The notes: generated from the sequence alone by a model not told the origin. DNA of 34,071 bases from a virus (IMGVR_UViG_2721755657_000001:1-34071); one strand, 5' to 3'; shown: positions 18,379-27,555, counted from the stretch's first letter. Numbers and translations: made by a program.

Positions 18379-18415
18379 TAAACATTGAGCGGCCATGCTG
18401 GTCGCTCAATGTTTA
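18379..18415. terminator. Perfect 13-bp stem-loop between S and the inverted cargo gene (candidate bidirectional terminator)
   Basis: taaacattgagcg (18379..18391) and cgctcaatgttta (18403..18415) are exact reverse complements with an 11-nt loop. Lies between the convergent stops of S (18349) and the cargo gene (18421). No strong U-tract on either side. Confidence 0.45.
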
Positions 18416-18420
18416 GAGGT

Positions 18421-19206
18421 TTATGAGTGATTTTTATTTGATGCTTTGTATTCTACAACCTTCTTATTGGCGTAAAGGAATTTTGTATATGACAGGAATA
18501 TAACCAGACCTGAAATGAAATAGATGAGGGATATTATTAATAATGCTTTTTTTTGGCTGTTATTATCTTTAATCTCCTGACTTAACCATTCGGAGTCCTC
18601 CTCGTTTAGCTGTAAGAGCTTATTGCAGGCGATCTCAGGAAGTGTGTCTTTTATAAATACGTTTCGTAGCCTCTTGCAATCGGCAAGGCTATAAGTTTTA
18701 TTGAATTCAACTGTTTTATTGTTGAAGGATAAAAGAACTTTGTCACTATAAACATAGTACATCATATTTTTATATGGTATGCCTATGGCATCTCTTACTA
18801 TAGCGGATTGTTTGTTGTGTATATAACATGCGAAGAGAATATAAATAACACTGGACAGAATTACAATTATTGTTTTAATTATGTGTGGTGGTTTTGTTAT
18901 GTCACCCCAGAAGCGAGTAAGAAAAAAATACGATGTTTTTAGTTTTCCATCAATCAGCCCCTGCTGTATCATTCTCACATCTTCGATGCCTGATACATTG
19001 ATTCCGTTAATTATTTTAAATAGTTGAATGTCGCGCCATTTTTTGTCGAGCATTTTTAACTTTCTGTCTGAATACTCAAAATTGAAATGATGTGCAATAA
19101 ACCTCATAAGATTACTTTTACCAAAGGTAATAAATGTTAATGCTATTAATAAAAATAGATACAAAGAGATAAACCACCACGCATTAGTCACATTATCACT
19201 GAACAT
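18421..19206 (-). CDS. Cargo gene in the S-V slot: membrane protein with three hydrophobic segments, unknown function
   Basis: 261-aa ORF on the strand opposite to the late operons, with GAGGAG SD 6-7 nt upstream of its ATG. Hydrophobic segments near residues 9-28, 110-128 and 222-240. Strongly AT-rich. Confidence 0.7.
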   Translation of the reverse strand: MFSDNVTNAWWFISLYLFLLIALTFITFGKSNLMRFIAHHFNFEYSDRKLKMLDKKWRDIQLFKIINGINVSGIEDVRMIQQGLIDGKLKTSYFFLTRFWGDITKPPHIIKTIIVILSSVIYILFACYIHNKQSAIVRDAIGIPYKNMMYYVYSDKVLLSFNNKTVEFNKTYSLADCKRLRNVFIKDTLPEIACNKLLQLNEEDSEWLSQEIKDNNSQKKALLIISLIYFISGLVIFLSYTKFLYANKKVVEYKASNKNHS

Positions 19207-19289
19207 TACGCTCTCCTCGAATGTTGTATGGTCGTTCTACAAATGAATCCAGATAGCATAACTTTTATATATTGTGCAATCTCACACGC

Positions 19290-19925
19290 ATGAACACTCT
19301 CGCAAATATTCAGGAACTCGCGCGCGCACTGCGCAACATGATTCGTACCGGCCTTGTCGTCGAAACCAACCTTAAAGCCGGTCGCTGCCGTGTGCAGACC
19401 GGTGGCATGTGCACTGACTGGCTTCAGTGGCTGACCCATCGTGCCGGACGTTCGCGCACATGGTGGGCACCTTCCGTGGGGGAACAGGTGCTGATTCTGG
19501 CTGTGGGCGGTGAACTCGACACGGCGTTCGTTCTGCCGGGGATTTATTCCGGCGATAACCCCGCGCCGTCTGCGTCGGCGGATGCCCTGCATATCCGTTT
19601 CCCTGACGGGGCGGTGATTGAGTATGAACCCGAAACCAGTGCACTCACGGTAAGCGGAATTAAAACGGTCAGCGTGACGGCTTCTGATTCTGTTACTGCC
19701 ACGGTGCCGGTGGTCATGGTGAAAGCATCAACCCGTGTCACCCTGGACACACCGGAGGTGGTCTGCACTAACAGACTGATTACCGGCACGCTGGAAGTGC
19801 AGAAGGGCGGGACGATGCGCGGCAACATTGAACACACCGGCGGTGAACTCTCATCAAACGGTAAGGTACTGCATACCCACAAACACCCAGGAGACAGCGG
19901 CGGCACAACCGGGAGTCCTCTATGA
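19290..19925 (+). CDS. V: Baseplate spike/assembly protein V
   Basis: 211-aa product from the ATG at 19290 (MNTLANIQELARALRNM...), within ORF 19272..19925. Confidence 0.9.
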   Translation: MNTLANIQELARALRNMIRTGLVVETNLKAGRCRVQTGGMCTDWLQWLTHRAGRSRTWWAPSVGEQVLILAVGGELDTAFVLPGIYSGDNPAPSASADALHIRFPDGAVIEYEPETSALTVSGIKTVSVTASDSVTATVPVVMVKASTRVTLDTPEVVCTNRLITGTLEVQKGGTMRGNIEHTGGELSSNGKVLHTHKHPGDSGGTTGSPL

Positions 19926-20269
19926 CAGCACGTTATCTCGGAATGAATCGCAGTGATGGCCTGACTGTCACTGACCTTGAGCATATCAGCCAGAGTATCG
20001 GCGATATCCTGCGCACACCGGTCGGCTCACGGGTGATGCGTCGTGATTACGGCTCGTTGCTGGCATCAATGATTGACCAGCCGCAGACCCCGGCGCTTGA
20101 GTTGCAGATTAAGGTCGCCTGTTACATGGCGGTGCTGAAATGGGAACCCCGCGTCACCCTGTCATCCGTCACCACTGAGCGCAGTTTTGACGGGCGAATG
20201 ACGGTCACGTTAACCGGCCAGCACAACGACACCGGCCAGCCACTTTCGTTAACCATCCCTGTGAGTTGA
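19922..20269 (+). CDS. W: Baseplate wedge protein W (gp25-like)
   Basis: 115-aa ORF overlapping the V stop. P2 gpW position. Confidence 0.88.
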   Translation: MTARYLGMNRSDGLTVTDLEHISQSIGDILRTPVGSRVMRRDYGSLLASMIDQPQTPALELQIKVACYMAVLKWEPRVTLSSVTTERSFDGRMTVTLTGQHNDTGQPLSLTIPVS

Positions 20270-20273
20270 AACC

Positions 20274-21182
20274 ATGCCGATTATCGACCTGAACCAGCTA
20301 CCCGCACCGGATGTGGTCGAGGAGCTGGACTTTGAAACCATTCTCGCTGAACGCAAGGCGACACTGATTTCTCTTTACCCGGAAGACCAGCAGGAGGCGG
20401 TCGCCCGTACCCTGACACTGGAATCCGAGCCTCTCGTCAAACTGCTGGAGGAAAATGCTTATCGTGAGCTTATCTGGCGTCAGCGTGTGAATGAGGCCGC
20501 ACGGGCGGTGATGCTGGCCTGTGCCGCCGGTAATGACCTTGATGTGATTGGTGCCAATTACAACACCACGCGCCTGATTATTACTCCGGCAGATGATTCG
20601 ACCATCCCGCCGACACCGGCAGTGATGGAATCTGACACGGATTATCGTCTGCGTATTCAGCAGGCGTTTGAAGGCTTAAGCGTCGCCGGGTCGGTGGGAG
20701 CCTATCAGTATCATGGTCGCAGTGCCGACGGGCGTGTCGCGGATATCTCTGTCACCAGTCCGTCTCCGGCCTGCGTCACCATCTCCGTGCTGTCACGTGA
20801 AAATAACGGTGTGGCATCCGAAGATCTGCTGGCGGCGGTGCGTAACGCCCTTAATGGCGAGGACGTCAGGCCGGTGGCCGACCGCGTGACCGTGCAGTCT
20901 GCCGCCATTGTTGAATACCAGATAAACGCCACGCTTTACCTTTACCCTGGTCCCGAAAGCGAACCCATCCGCGCTGCCGCCGTGAAAAAACTGGAAGCGT
21001 ATATCACGGCACAGCACCGGCTGGGGCGTGACATCCGTCTGTCTGCCATTTATGCCGCTTTGCATGTGGAAGGTGTGCAGCGTGTCGAACTGGCTGCACC
21101 ACTGGCCGACATCGTGCTCAACAGTACGCAGGCGTCTTTCTGTACTGAATACCGCGTCGTGACCGGAGGCTCGGATGAGTGA
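20274..21182 (+). CDS. J: Baseplate assembly protein J
   Basis: 302-aa ORF in the P2 gpJ position. Confidence 0.9.
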   Translation: MPIIDLNQLPAPDVVEELDFETILAERKATLISLYPEDQQEAVARTLTLESEPLVKLLEENAYRELIWRQRVNEAARAVMLACAAGNDLDVIGANYNTTRLIITPADDSTIPPTPAVMESDTDYRLRIQQAFEGLSVAGSVGAYQYHGRSADGRVADISVTSPSPACVTISVLSRENNGVASEDLLAAVRNALNGEDVRPVADRVTVQSAAIVEYQINATLYLYPGPESEPIRAAAVKKLEAYITAQHRLGRDIRLSAIYAALHVEGVQRVELAAPLADIVLNSTQASFCTEYRVVTGGSDE

Positions 21183-21705
21183 TTCGCGACTGCTGCCGAC
21201 CGGCTCATCACCGCTTGAGGTCGCCGCCGCAAAAGCCTGTGCGGAAATTGAAAAAACGCCGGTCAGTATTCGTGAGCTGTGGAACCCGGATACCTGTCCG
21301 GCAAATTTGCTGCCGTGGCTGGCGTGGGCGTTTTCGGTCGACAGGTGGGATGAGAAGTGGCCGGAAGCGACAAAACGCGCCGTTATCCGCGATGCGTATT
21401 TCATCCACTGTCATAAAGGCACTATAGGTGCAATCCGGCGTGTGGTGGAGCCGCTCGGCTATCTCATCAACGTGACGGAGTGGTGGGAAAACAGTGACCC
21501 GCCCGGCACCTTCCGGCTTGATATTGGTGTACTGGAAAGTGGCATCACAGAGGCAATGTATCAGGAAATGGAACGGCTGATTGCTGATGCCAAACCTGCA
21601 AGCCGTCACCTTATTGGCCTGAACATTACCCGGGACATTCCCGGCTACCTGTTCGCCGGTGGTGTGGCTTACGACGGCGATGTAATTACGGTTTACCCCG
21701 GATAA
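21175..21705 (+). CDS. I: Baseplate/tail protein I
   Basis: 176-aa ORF overlapping the J end. P2 gpI position. Confidence 0.88.
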   Translation: MSDSRLLPTGSSPLEVAAAKACAEIEKTPVSIRELWNPDTCPANLLPWLAWAFSVDRWDEKWPEATKRAVIRDAYFIHCHKGTIGAIRRVVEPLGYLINVTEWWENSDPPGTFRLDIGVLESGITEAMYQEMERLIADAKPASRHLIGLNITRDIPGYLFAGGVAYDGDVITVYPG

Positions 21706-21715
21706 GTGAGGAATA

Positions 21716-24034
21716 ATGAGCACAAAATTCAAAACCGTTATCACCACTGCCGGTGCAGCAAAGCTGGCAGCGGCAACCGCGCCGGGAGGGCGGAAGGTCA
21801 ACATTACCACGATGGCCGTCGGGGATGGCGGTGGTAAATTGCCTGTCCCGGATGCCGGACAGACCGGGCTTATCCATGAAGTCTGGCGACATGCGCTGAA
21901 CAAAATCAGCCAGGACAAACGAAACAGTAATTATATTATCGCAGAGCTGGTTATTCCGCCGGAGGTGGGCGGTTTCTGGATGCGTGAGCTTGGCCTGTAC
22001 GATGATGCGGGAACGTTAATTGCCGTGGCGAACATGGCCGAAAGTTATAAGCCAGCCCTTGCCGAAGGCTCAGGACGTTCGCAGACCTGCCGCATGGTCA
22101 TTATCGTCAGCAGTGTGGCCTCAGTGGATCTGACCATCGACACCACAACGGTGATGGCGACGCAGGATTACGTTGATGACAAAATTGCAGAGCACGAACA
22201 GTCACGACGTCACCCGGACGCCTCGCTGACCGCAAAAGGTTTTACTCAGTTAAGCAATGCGACCAACAGCACGTCTGAAACACTGGCCGCAACGCCGAAA
22301 GCGGTTAAGGCCGCATATGACCTTGCTAACGGGAAATATACCGCACAGGACGCTACCACAGCGCGAAAAGGTCTTGTCCAGCTAAGTAGTGCGACCAACA
22401 GCATGTCTGAAACGCTCGCCGCAACACCAAAAGCGGTTAAGGCAGCGTATGACCTTGCTAACGGGAAATACACTGCACAGGACGCCACCACAGCGCGAAA
22501 AGGTCTTGTCCAGCTCAGTAGCGTCACCAACAGCGATTCTGAAACGCTTGCGGCAACGCCAAAGGCGGTTAAGACAGCGTATGACCTTGCTAACGGGAAA
22601 TACACTGCACAGGATGCCACCACCGCGCGAAAAGGTCTTGTCCAGCTCAGTAGCGCCACCAACAGCGATTCTGAAACGCTGGCTGCAACATCAAAAGCGG
22701 TAAAGTCTGCCTATGACAATGCTGAAAAACGTCTTCAGAAAGATCAGAACGGTGCGGATATTCCGGGAAAGGATACCTTCACGAAAAATATCGGTGCCTG
22801 TCGTGCTTATAGCGGCGCTTTGAGCACTGAAGCCGGAAACTGGACAACCGCTCAGTTTATTGAATGGCTGGATTCCCGTGGTGCATTTAATCATCCGTAC
22901 TGGATGTGCAAAGGCTCCTGGTCATATGCAAATAACAAAATCATTACGGATACCGGATGTGGTGATATCCACCTGGCTGGTTGTGTCGTCGAGGTCATGG
23001 GAACTAAATCTGCAATCACTATCCGAGTGACCACGCCGACAACATCAAGCGGTGGCGGTACAACCAGCGCGCAATTCACTTACATAAATCATGGGGACGG
23101 CTACTCCCCCGGCTGGCGTCGTGACTGGAATCGTCAGGGCGACGCAATGACCGGAACGATTAATCAGGATGGCGGAAGCCAGAATGCCTATATGTCTACG
23201 GCCTTATGTTCAGGCACCAGAGGCGGCAAAAAATATCTCAGAAAGTTTCGTGGTGGAGAAGGAGACACTATCTGGCATGAAACAGTACAGGGCGGGGTAG
23301 TTCGCTGGGCGACTGGTAATACTGATGCTCAGGAAGAATTATCACTCAGCTCCGCTTATGGTCTCCGTTCAAGAGGTGAGATTACATCAAGCAGTGCTAA
23401 TGGTCTGCGCATTGCTTATGGCAATTATGGATTCTTTATCAGGAATGATGGCAGCAGCACTTATTTTATGTTGACTAAATCAGGTGACAGATTAGGCACT
23501 TATAATAATTTAAGACCACTGATTATAAATGATGCCACGGGTGCTGTATCAATGGGGCATGGCCTGAGTGTTACAGGTGATATTGTCTCAAGCACCAAAG
23601 TACGTGCCGGTAGCGGGAAAAAGTTCACGGTCAGCAGCAGCAATACATCCACGAAGGAAGCCGCATTCAATTTGTGGGGAAACTCAAGTCGTCCTGTGGT
23701 GGCTGAATTAGGTGATGATGCAGGCTGGCATTTTTACAGTCAGAGAAATACAGATAACAGCATCACTTTTGCTGTTAACGGGCAGGTATCACCATCTAAC
23801 TATGGAAACTTTGATTCACGCTATGTCCGGGATATCCGGCTTGGTGGTGCTGCCACATACAAACCTGCGAACAATGGTATGACATGGACACATCAGGCAC
23901 CGTCCGGGTGTGTATATTCCGGCATTATTGTTCAGGATACCGGCTCAAACTCTGCCGATAACATTGGTGGCGTATATTACAGACCGGTGCAGAAATACAT
24001 TAACGGGACTTGGTATAACGTGGCGCAGGTATAA
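21716..24034 (+). CDS. H: Tail fibre protein H
   Basis: 772-aa ORF with an internal 44-aa tandem-repeat region and a Gly/Ser/Thr-rich C-terminal region. Followed by the tail-fibre assembly gene. Confidence 0.9.
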   Translation: MSTKFKTVITTAGAAKLAAATAPGGRKVNITTMAVGDGGGKLPVPDAGQTGLIHEVWRHALNKISQDKRNSNYIIAELVIPPEVGGFWMRELGLYDDAGTLIAVANMAESYKPALAEGSGRSQTCRMVIIVSSVASVDLTIDTTTVMATQDYVDDKIAEHEQSRRHPDASLTAKGFTQLSNATNSTSETLAATPKAVKAAYDLANGKYTAQDATTARKGLVQLSSATNSMSETLAATPKAVKAAYDLANGKYTAQDATTARKGLVQLSSVTNSDSETLAATPKAVKTAYDLANGKYTAQDATTARKGLVQLSSATNSDSETLAATSKAVKSAYDNAEKRLQKDQNGADIPGKDTFTKNIGACRAYSGALSTEAGNWTTAQFIEWLDSRGAFNHPYWMCKGSWSYANNKIITDTGCGDIHLAGCVVEVMGTKSAITIRVTTPTTSSGGGTTSAQFTYINHGDGYSPGWRRDWNRQGDAMTGTINQDGGSQNAYMSTALCSGTRGGKKYLRKFRGGEGDTIWHETVQGGVVRWATGNTDAQEELSLSSAYGLRSRGEITSSSANGLRIAYGNYGFFIRNDGSSTYFMLTKSGDRLGTYNNLRPLIINDATGAVSMGHGLSVTGDIVSSTKVRAGSGKKFTVSSSNTSTKEAAFNLWGNSSRPVVAELGDDAGWHFYSQRNTDNSITFAVNGQVSPSNYGNFDSRYVRDIRLGGAATYKPANNGMTWTHQAPSGCVYSGIIVQDTGSNSADNIGGVYYRPVQKYINGTWYNVAQV
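22235..22735 (+). repeat. 132-bp tandem repeat (about 3.8 copies) inside H, encoding a 44-aa repeat
   Basis: Unit starts at about 22238, 22370, 22502 and 22634 (KG[FL][TV]QLS..TNS.SETLAATPKAVK.AYDLANGKYTAQDATTAR). Copies are near-identical at the DNA level. Confidence 0.85.
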
Positions 24035-24037
24035 TTT

Positions 24038-24565
24038 ATGCAGCATTTGATAAATATAACGGCAGGTAATCCAAAAACGGTTGAACAATATCAATTGACA
24101 AAAGACTTTGATGTTGTCTGGTTTTTTTCAGAAGATGGTAAGAACTGGTACGAAGAACAAAAGTATTTTGCTGATGACACGCTAAAAATAGCGTACGACA
24201 AAGATAATATCATCCGCTATGTGGAAAAGGATGTGACAGCTATCAGACCGGATGGATTAAGTGTGGTTGAAGTGGCGGATATTACTGCTAACCGACGGGC
24301 GGACATTTCAGGGGGCTGGATGTTTAAGGGCGGCAAAGTGATTAAACGCATTTATACGGCAGAGGAATTGCAGCAGCAGGCAGAAAACCGGAAAGCCAGA
24401 CTTCTTGCAGATGCTGAATCCGTGATTTTGCCGCTGGAGCGCGCTGTCAGGCTGAATATGGCTACAGAGGAGGAGCGCACACGACTGGAAGCATGGGAAC
24501 GCTACAGCGTTCTGGTCAGTCGTGTGGATCCTGCAAATCCTGAATGGCCGGAAATGCCGCAATAA
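24038..24565 (+). CDS. G: Tail fibre assembly chaperone G
   Basis: 175-aa ORF immediately downstream of H. P2 gpG position. Confidence 0.88.
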   Translation: MQHLINITAGNPKTVEQYQLTKDFDVVWFFSEDGKNWYEEQKYFADDTLKIAYDKDNIIRYVEKDVTAIRPDGLSVVEVADITANRRADISGGWMFKGGKVIKRIYTAEELQQQAENRKARLLADAESVILPLERAVRLNMATEEERTRLEAWERYSVLVSRVDPANPEWPEMPQ

Positions 24566-25000
24566 GTTGTATGAGCTCTGGTGTGAGCTTACATATCTAT
24601 GGCACAGAGTAAAGACTAATCTGACAGTCCGCTCTGTGCCAGGAGCAGCCATTGCTAAGTCCATCCTGTATTGTGCAGGTCAGCTCGTTTTTAAAGAGTC
24701 CGGCCATCATCTTACTGGTACAGACACCATATACTTTGTGACGGTCAGGCTACATATGCACAACTCAACTTATTCATCTATTTTTTGCTTTAGCATGTCA
24801 GTGTTGCTTTCTCGTCGGCGGGTGAGCGGTGACCTGACCTGTCGATAAAGGAACGTAGCACGTTTTATGCAACACCCGCATGCGGCAGAAAATTATTGCC
24901 GAACGTTTACCCCTGTCAACAAGCTTTACTTTCTGAGGCGCGCCAGCCCGCGAGGAAAACAATCTGAACATCAAACAATTAATGACACAAGAAATACGAT

Positions 25001-25027
25001 TAAAGATTTTTTTGTGCATGCCGATAG
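25001..25027 (+). promoter_or_regulatory. Near-consensus sigma-28 (FliA) promoter upstream of the FlxA-like gene
   Basis: TAAAGATT (25001..25008), 11-nt spacer, GCCGATAG (25020..25027), against consensus TAAAGTTT-N11-GCCGATAA (14/16). Followed by GGAG SD and the ATG at 25051. Confidence 0.7.
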
Positions 25028-25050
25028 TGCTTTTTTAAAAGGAGAAATCT

Positions 25051-25383
25051 ATGTCTGTCACAATTCAGGGAAATACCTCAACCGTTATTTCAAACAACTC
25101 CGCCCCAGAAGGAACATCAGAAATAGCCAAAATCACAAGACAAATTCAGGTGCTGACTGAAAAGCTTGGGAAAATCTCATCGGAAGAGGGGATGACGACA
25201 CAGCAGAAAAAAGAATTAGCTGCATTGGTACAGAAGCAAATTGAAAGCCTCAGGGCTCAACTGGAGCAGTTGTTAAGGCAGCAGGCAGAGAAAAAGAATA
25301 AAGACGCGACAGTTCAGCCTGATAAAAAAGAAGAGAAAAAAGACGATACAAATACCGCTGGCACCATTGATATTTACGTCTAA
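25051..25383 (+). CDS. flxA: FlxA-like small charged coiled-coil protein (cargo in the G-FI slot)
   Basis: 110-aa ORF with strong SD (AAGGAG), Gln/Lys/Glu-rich coiled-coil-like sequence, its own sigma-28-type promoter and terminator. Size, composition and FliA-type promoter match my recollection of E. coli FlxA; identity is recall-based. Confidence 0.6.
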   Translation: MSVTIQGNTSTVISNNSAPEGTSEIAKITRQIQVLTEKLGKISSEEGMTTQQKKELAALVQKQIESLRAQLEQLLRQQAEKKNKDATVQPDKKEEKKDDTNTAGTIDIYV

Positions 25384-25397
25384 GTGACAGCCGTATT

Positions 25398-25420
25398 GTG
25401 GCCCTCATCGGGCCACTTTT
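25398..25420 (+). terminator. Intrinsic terminator of the FlxA-like gene
   Basis: GTGGCCC-tcatc-GGGCCAC followed by TTTT, 15 nt after the stop codon. Confidence 0.75.
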
Positions 25421-25833
25421 CGCCATCAGCCTTTTCTTTAAAGACATATTATCTTTGTATCATTTCTGATAGTTAACATTACAAGATATAAGTAATGGAC
25501 GCACTCCCAATTAGTCTATTTAAATCGCCACGAGTTTAACTGACAACCCATGATCAATTATGAATTGCAACTATTTCTGTAGTCACTTTTGTGGGGACAG
25601 TCCACAAAACTGCCAACTTCCGCTTCTCGCTCAAAGCAGACTGTCAGATTTGATAGCGTTTGGGCTATGTAAATTGTCAGTTGGAAAATGAGTGAGTGCA
25701 AATCATGGCAGGCTGGCGGATTACCCGCCTTTTCTTTGTCTGTTGTTTCATCCCCTGACCAGCCAGGTCAAATAGCGTCTCATGCTCTGCACAACAGAAA
25801 ATAGTTGCACCCATTAACCACGGAGTTAAACGG

Positions 25834-27024
25834 ATGAGTGACTATCATCATGGCGTGCAGGTGCTGGAGATTAACGACGGCACCCGCGTCATTTCCACCG
25901 TATCCACTGCCATTGTCGGCATGGTCTGCACGGCCAGCGATGCGGATGCGGAAACCTTTCCCCTCAATAAACCTGTGCTGATTACCAATGTGCAGAGCGC
26001 AATTGCAAAGGCCGGTAAAAAAGGCACGCTGGCGGCGTCGCTGCAGGCCATCGCCGACCAGTCAAAACCGGTCACCGTTGTTGTGCGCGTGGAAGACGGC
26101 ACCGGCGACGACGAGGAAACGAAACTTGCGCAGACCGTTTCCAATATCATCGGCACCACCGACGAAAACGGTCAGTACACCGGACTGAAAGCCCTGCTGG
26201 CGGCGGAGTCAGTAACCGGTGTTAAACCGCGTATTCTCGGCGTGCCGGGACTGGACACCAAAGAGGTGGCTGTTGCACTGGCATCAGTCTGTCAGAAGCT
26301 GCGCGCTTTCGGGTATATCAGCGCATGGGGCTGTAAAACTATTTCCGAGGTGAAAGCCTACCGCCAGAATTTCAGCCAGCGTGAGCTGATGGTCATCTGG
26401 CCGGATTTCCTCGCATGGGATACGGTCAGCAGCACCACCGCCACCGCGTATGCCACCGCCCGTGCGCTGGGGCTGCGTGCTAAAATCGACCAGGAGCAGG
26501 GCTGGCATAAAACGTTGTCCAACGTCGGGGTAAATGGTGTTACCGGCATCAGCGCATCTGTATTCTGGGATTTGCAGGAGTCCGGCACCGATGCTGACCT
26601 GCTTAACGAGTCAGGCGTCACTACGCTGATTCGCCGCGACGGTTTCCGCTTCTGGGGTAACCGTACCTGCTCTGATGACCCGCTGTTCCTCTTTGAAAAC
26701 TATACCCGCACCGCGCAGGTGCTGGCCGACACGATGGCTGAGGCGCACATGTGGGCGGTGGACAAGCCCATCACCGCAACGCTGATTCGCGACATCGTTG
26801 ACGGCATCAATGCCAAATTTCGTGAGCTGAAAACAAACGGCTATATCGTGGATGCGACCTGCTGGTTCAGCGAAGAATCCAACGATGCGGAAACCCTCAA
26901 GGCCGGAAAACTGTATATCGACTATGACTATACCCCGGTGCCTCCTCTTGAAAACCTGACCCTGCGCCAGCGTATTACCGATAAATACCTGGCAAATCTG
27001 GTCACCTCGGTTAACAGCAATTAA
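25834..27024 (+). CDS. FI: Tail sheath protein FI
   Basis: 396-aa ORF with GGAG SD. P2 FI position. Confidence 0.92.
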   Translation: MSDYHHGVQVLEINDGTRVISTVSTAIVGMVCTASDADAETFPLNKPVLITNVQSAIAKAGKKGTLAASLQAIADQSKPVTVVVRVEDGTGDDEETKLAQTVSNIIGTTDENGQYTGLKALLAAESVTGVKPRILGVPGLDTKEVAVALASVCQKLRAFGYISAWGCKTISEVKAYRQNFSQRELMVIWPDFLAWDTVSSTTATAYATARALGLRAKIDQEQGWHKTLSNVGVNGVTGISASVFWDLQESGTDADLLNESGVTTLIRRDGFRFWGNRTCSDDPLFLFENYTRTAQVLADTMAEAHMWAVDKPITATLIRDIVDGINAKFRELKTNGYIVDATCWFSEESNDAETLKAGKLYIDYDYTPVPPLENLTLRQRITDKYLANLVTSVNSN

Positions 27025-27036
27025 GGAGCCTGACCG

Positions 27037-27555
27037 ATGGCAATGCCGCGCAAACTCAAGTTAATGAACGTCTTTCTGAACGGCTACAGCTATCAGGGCG
27101 TTGCAAAGTCCGTCACGCTGCCAAAACTGACCCGTAAGCTCGAAAACTATCGCGGTGCGGGGATGAACGGCAGCGCACCGGTAGACCTCGGCCTTGATGA
27201 CGATGCGCTGTCAATGGAGTGGTCGCTCGGGGGCTTCCCGGATTCGGTTATCTGGGAGCTTTACGCCTCAATCGGCGTGGATGCCGTCCCGATTCGTTTT
27301 GCAGGCTCTTACCAGCGTGACGATACCGGCGAAACGGTGGCCGTCGAGGTGGTCATGCGTGGACGTCAGAAAGAAATCGACACCGGCGAGGGGAAACAGG
27401 GAGAAGACACCGAGTCGAAAATCTCCGTGGTCTGCACCTATTTCCGGCTGACGATGGACGGTAAGGAGCTGGTCGAAATCGACACCATCAACATGATTGA
27501 GAAGGTGAACGGCGTCGACCGGCTGGAGCAACACCGCCGCAATATCGGCCTGTGA
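27037..27555 (+). CDS. FII: Tail tube protein FII
   Basis: 172-aa ORF directly after the sheath gene. Confidence 0.92.
   Translation: MAMPRKLKLMNVFLNGYSYQGVAKSVTLPKLTRKLENYRGAGMNGSAPVDLGLDDDALSMEWSLGGFPDSVIWELYASIGVDAVPIRFAGSYQRDDTGETVAVEVVMRGRQKEIDTGEGKQGEDTESKISVVCTYFRLTMDGKELVEIDTINMIEKVNGVDRLEQHRRNIGL

Noticed and set aside
19206-19592. 128-aa minus-strand ORF overlapping the 5' part of V
   Set aside because: Overlaps V on the opposite strand and abuts the true cargo-gene start; composition is not AT-rich like the cargo gene; likely chance.
21208-21918. 236-aa minus-strand ORF overlapping I and the start of H
   Set aside because: Antisense to two co-linear structural genes, no SD, GC-rich chance frame.
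22246-22662. 138-aa minus-strand ORF with internally repeated protein sequence
   Set aside because: It is the reverse strand of the 132-bp tandem repeats in H; the repetition is a by-product of the tail-fibre repeats, not an independent gene.
22235-22735. Possible CRISPR-like repeat array
   Set aside because: Repeats are 132 bp, directly tandem with no unique spacers, and in frame within a tail-fibre CDS; not a CRISPR architecture.
24522-25160. Small ORFs in the G-FI spacer upstream of and overlapping the FlxA-like gene (24522..24848 +, 24798..25019 -, 24867..25160 +)
   Set aside because: No SD sequences, overlapping each other and the sigma-28 promoter; more likely an untranslated leader and promoter region.
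25715-25737. Terminator-like hairpin (ggcgg-attac-ccgcc then T-rich) about 100 bp upstream of FI
   Set aside because: Short 5-bp stem with interrupted T-tract, located where the FI late promoter must lie; function unclear, not called as a feature.
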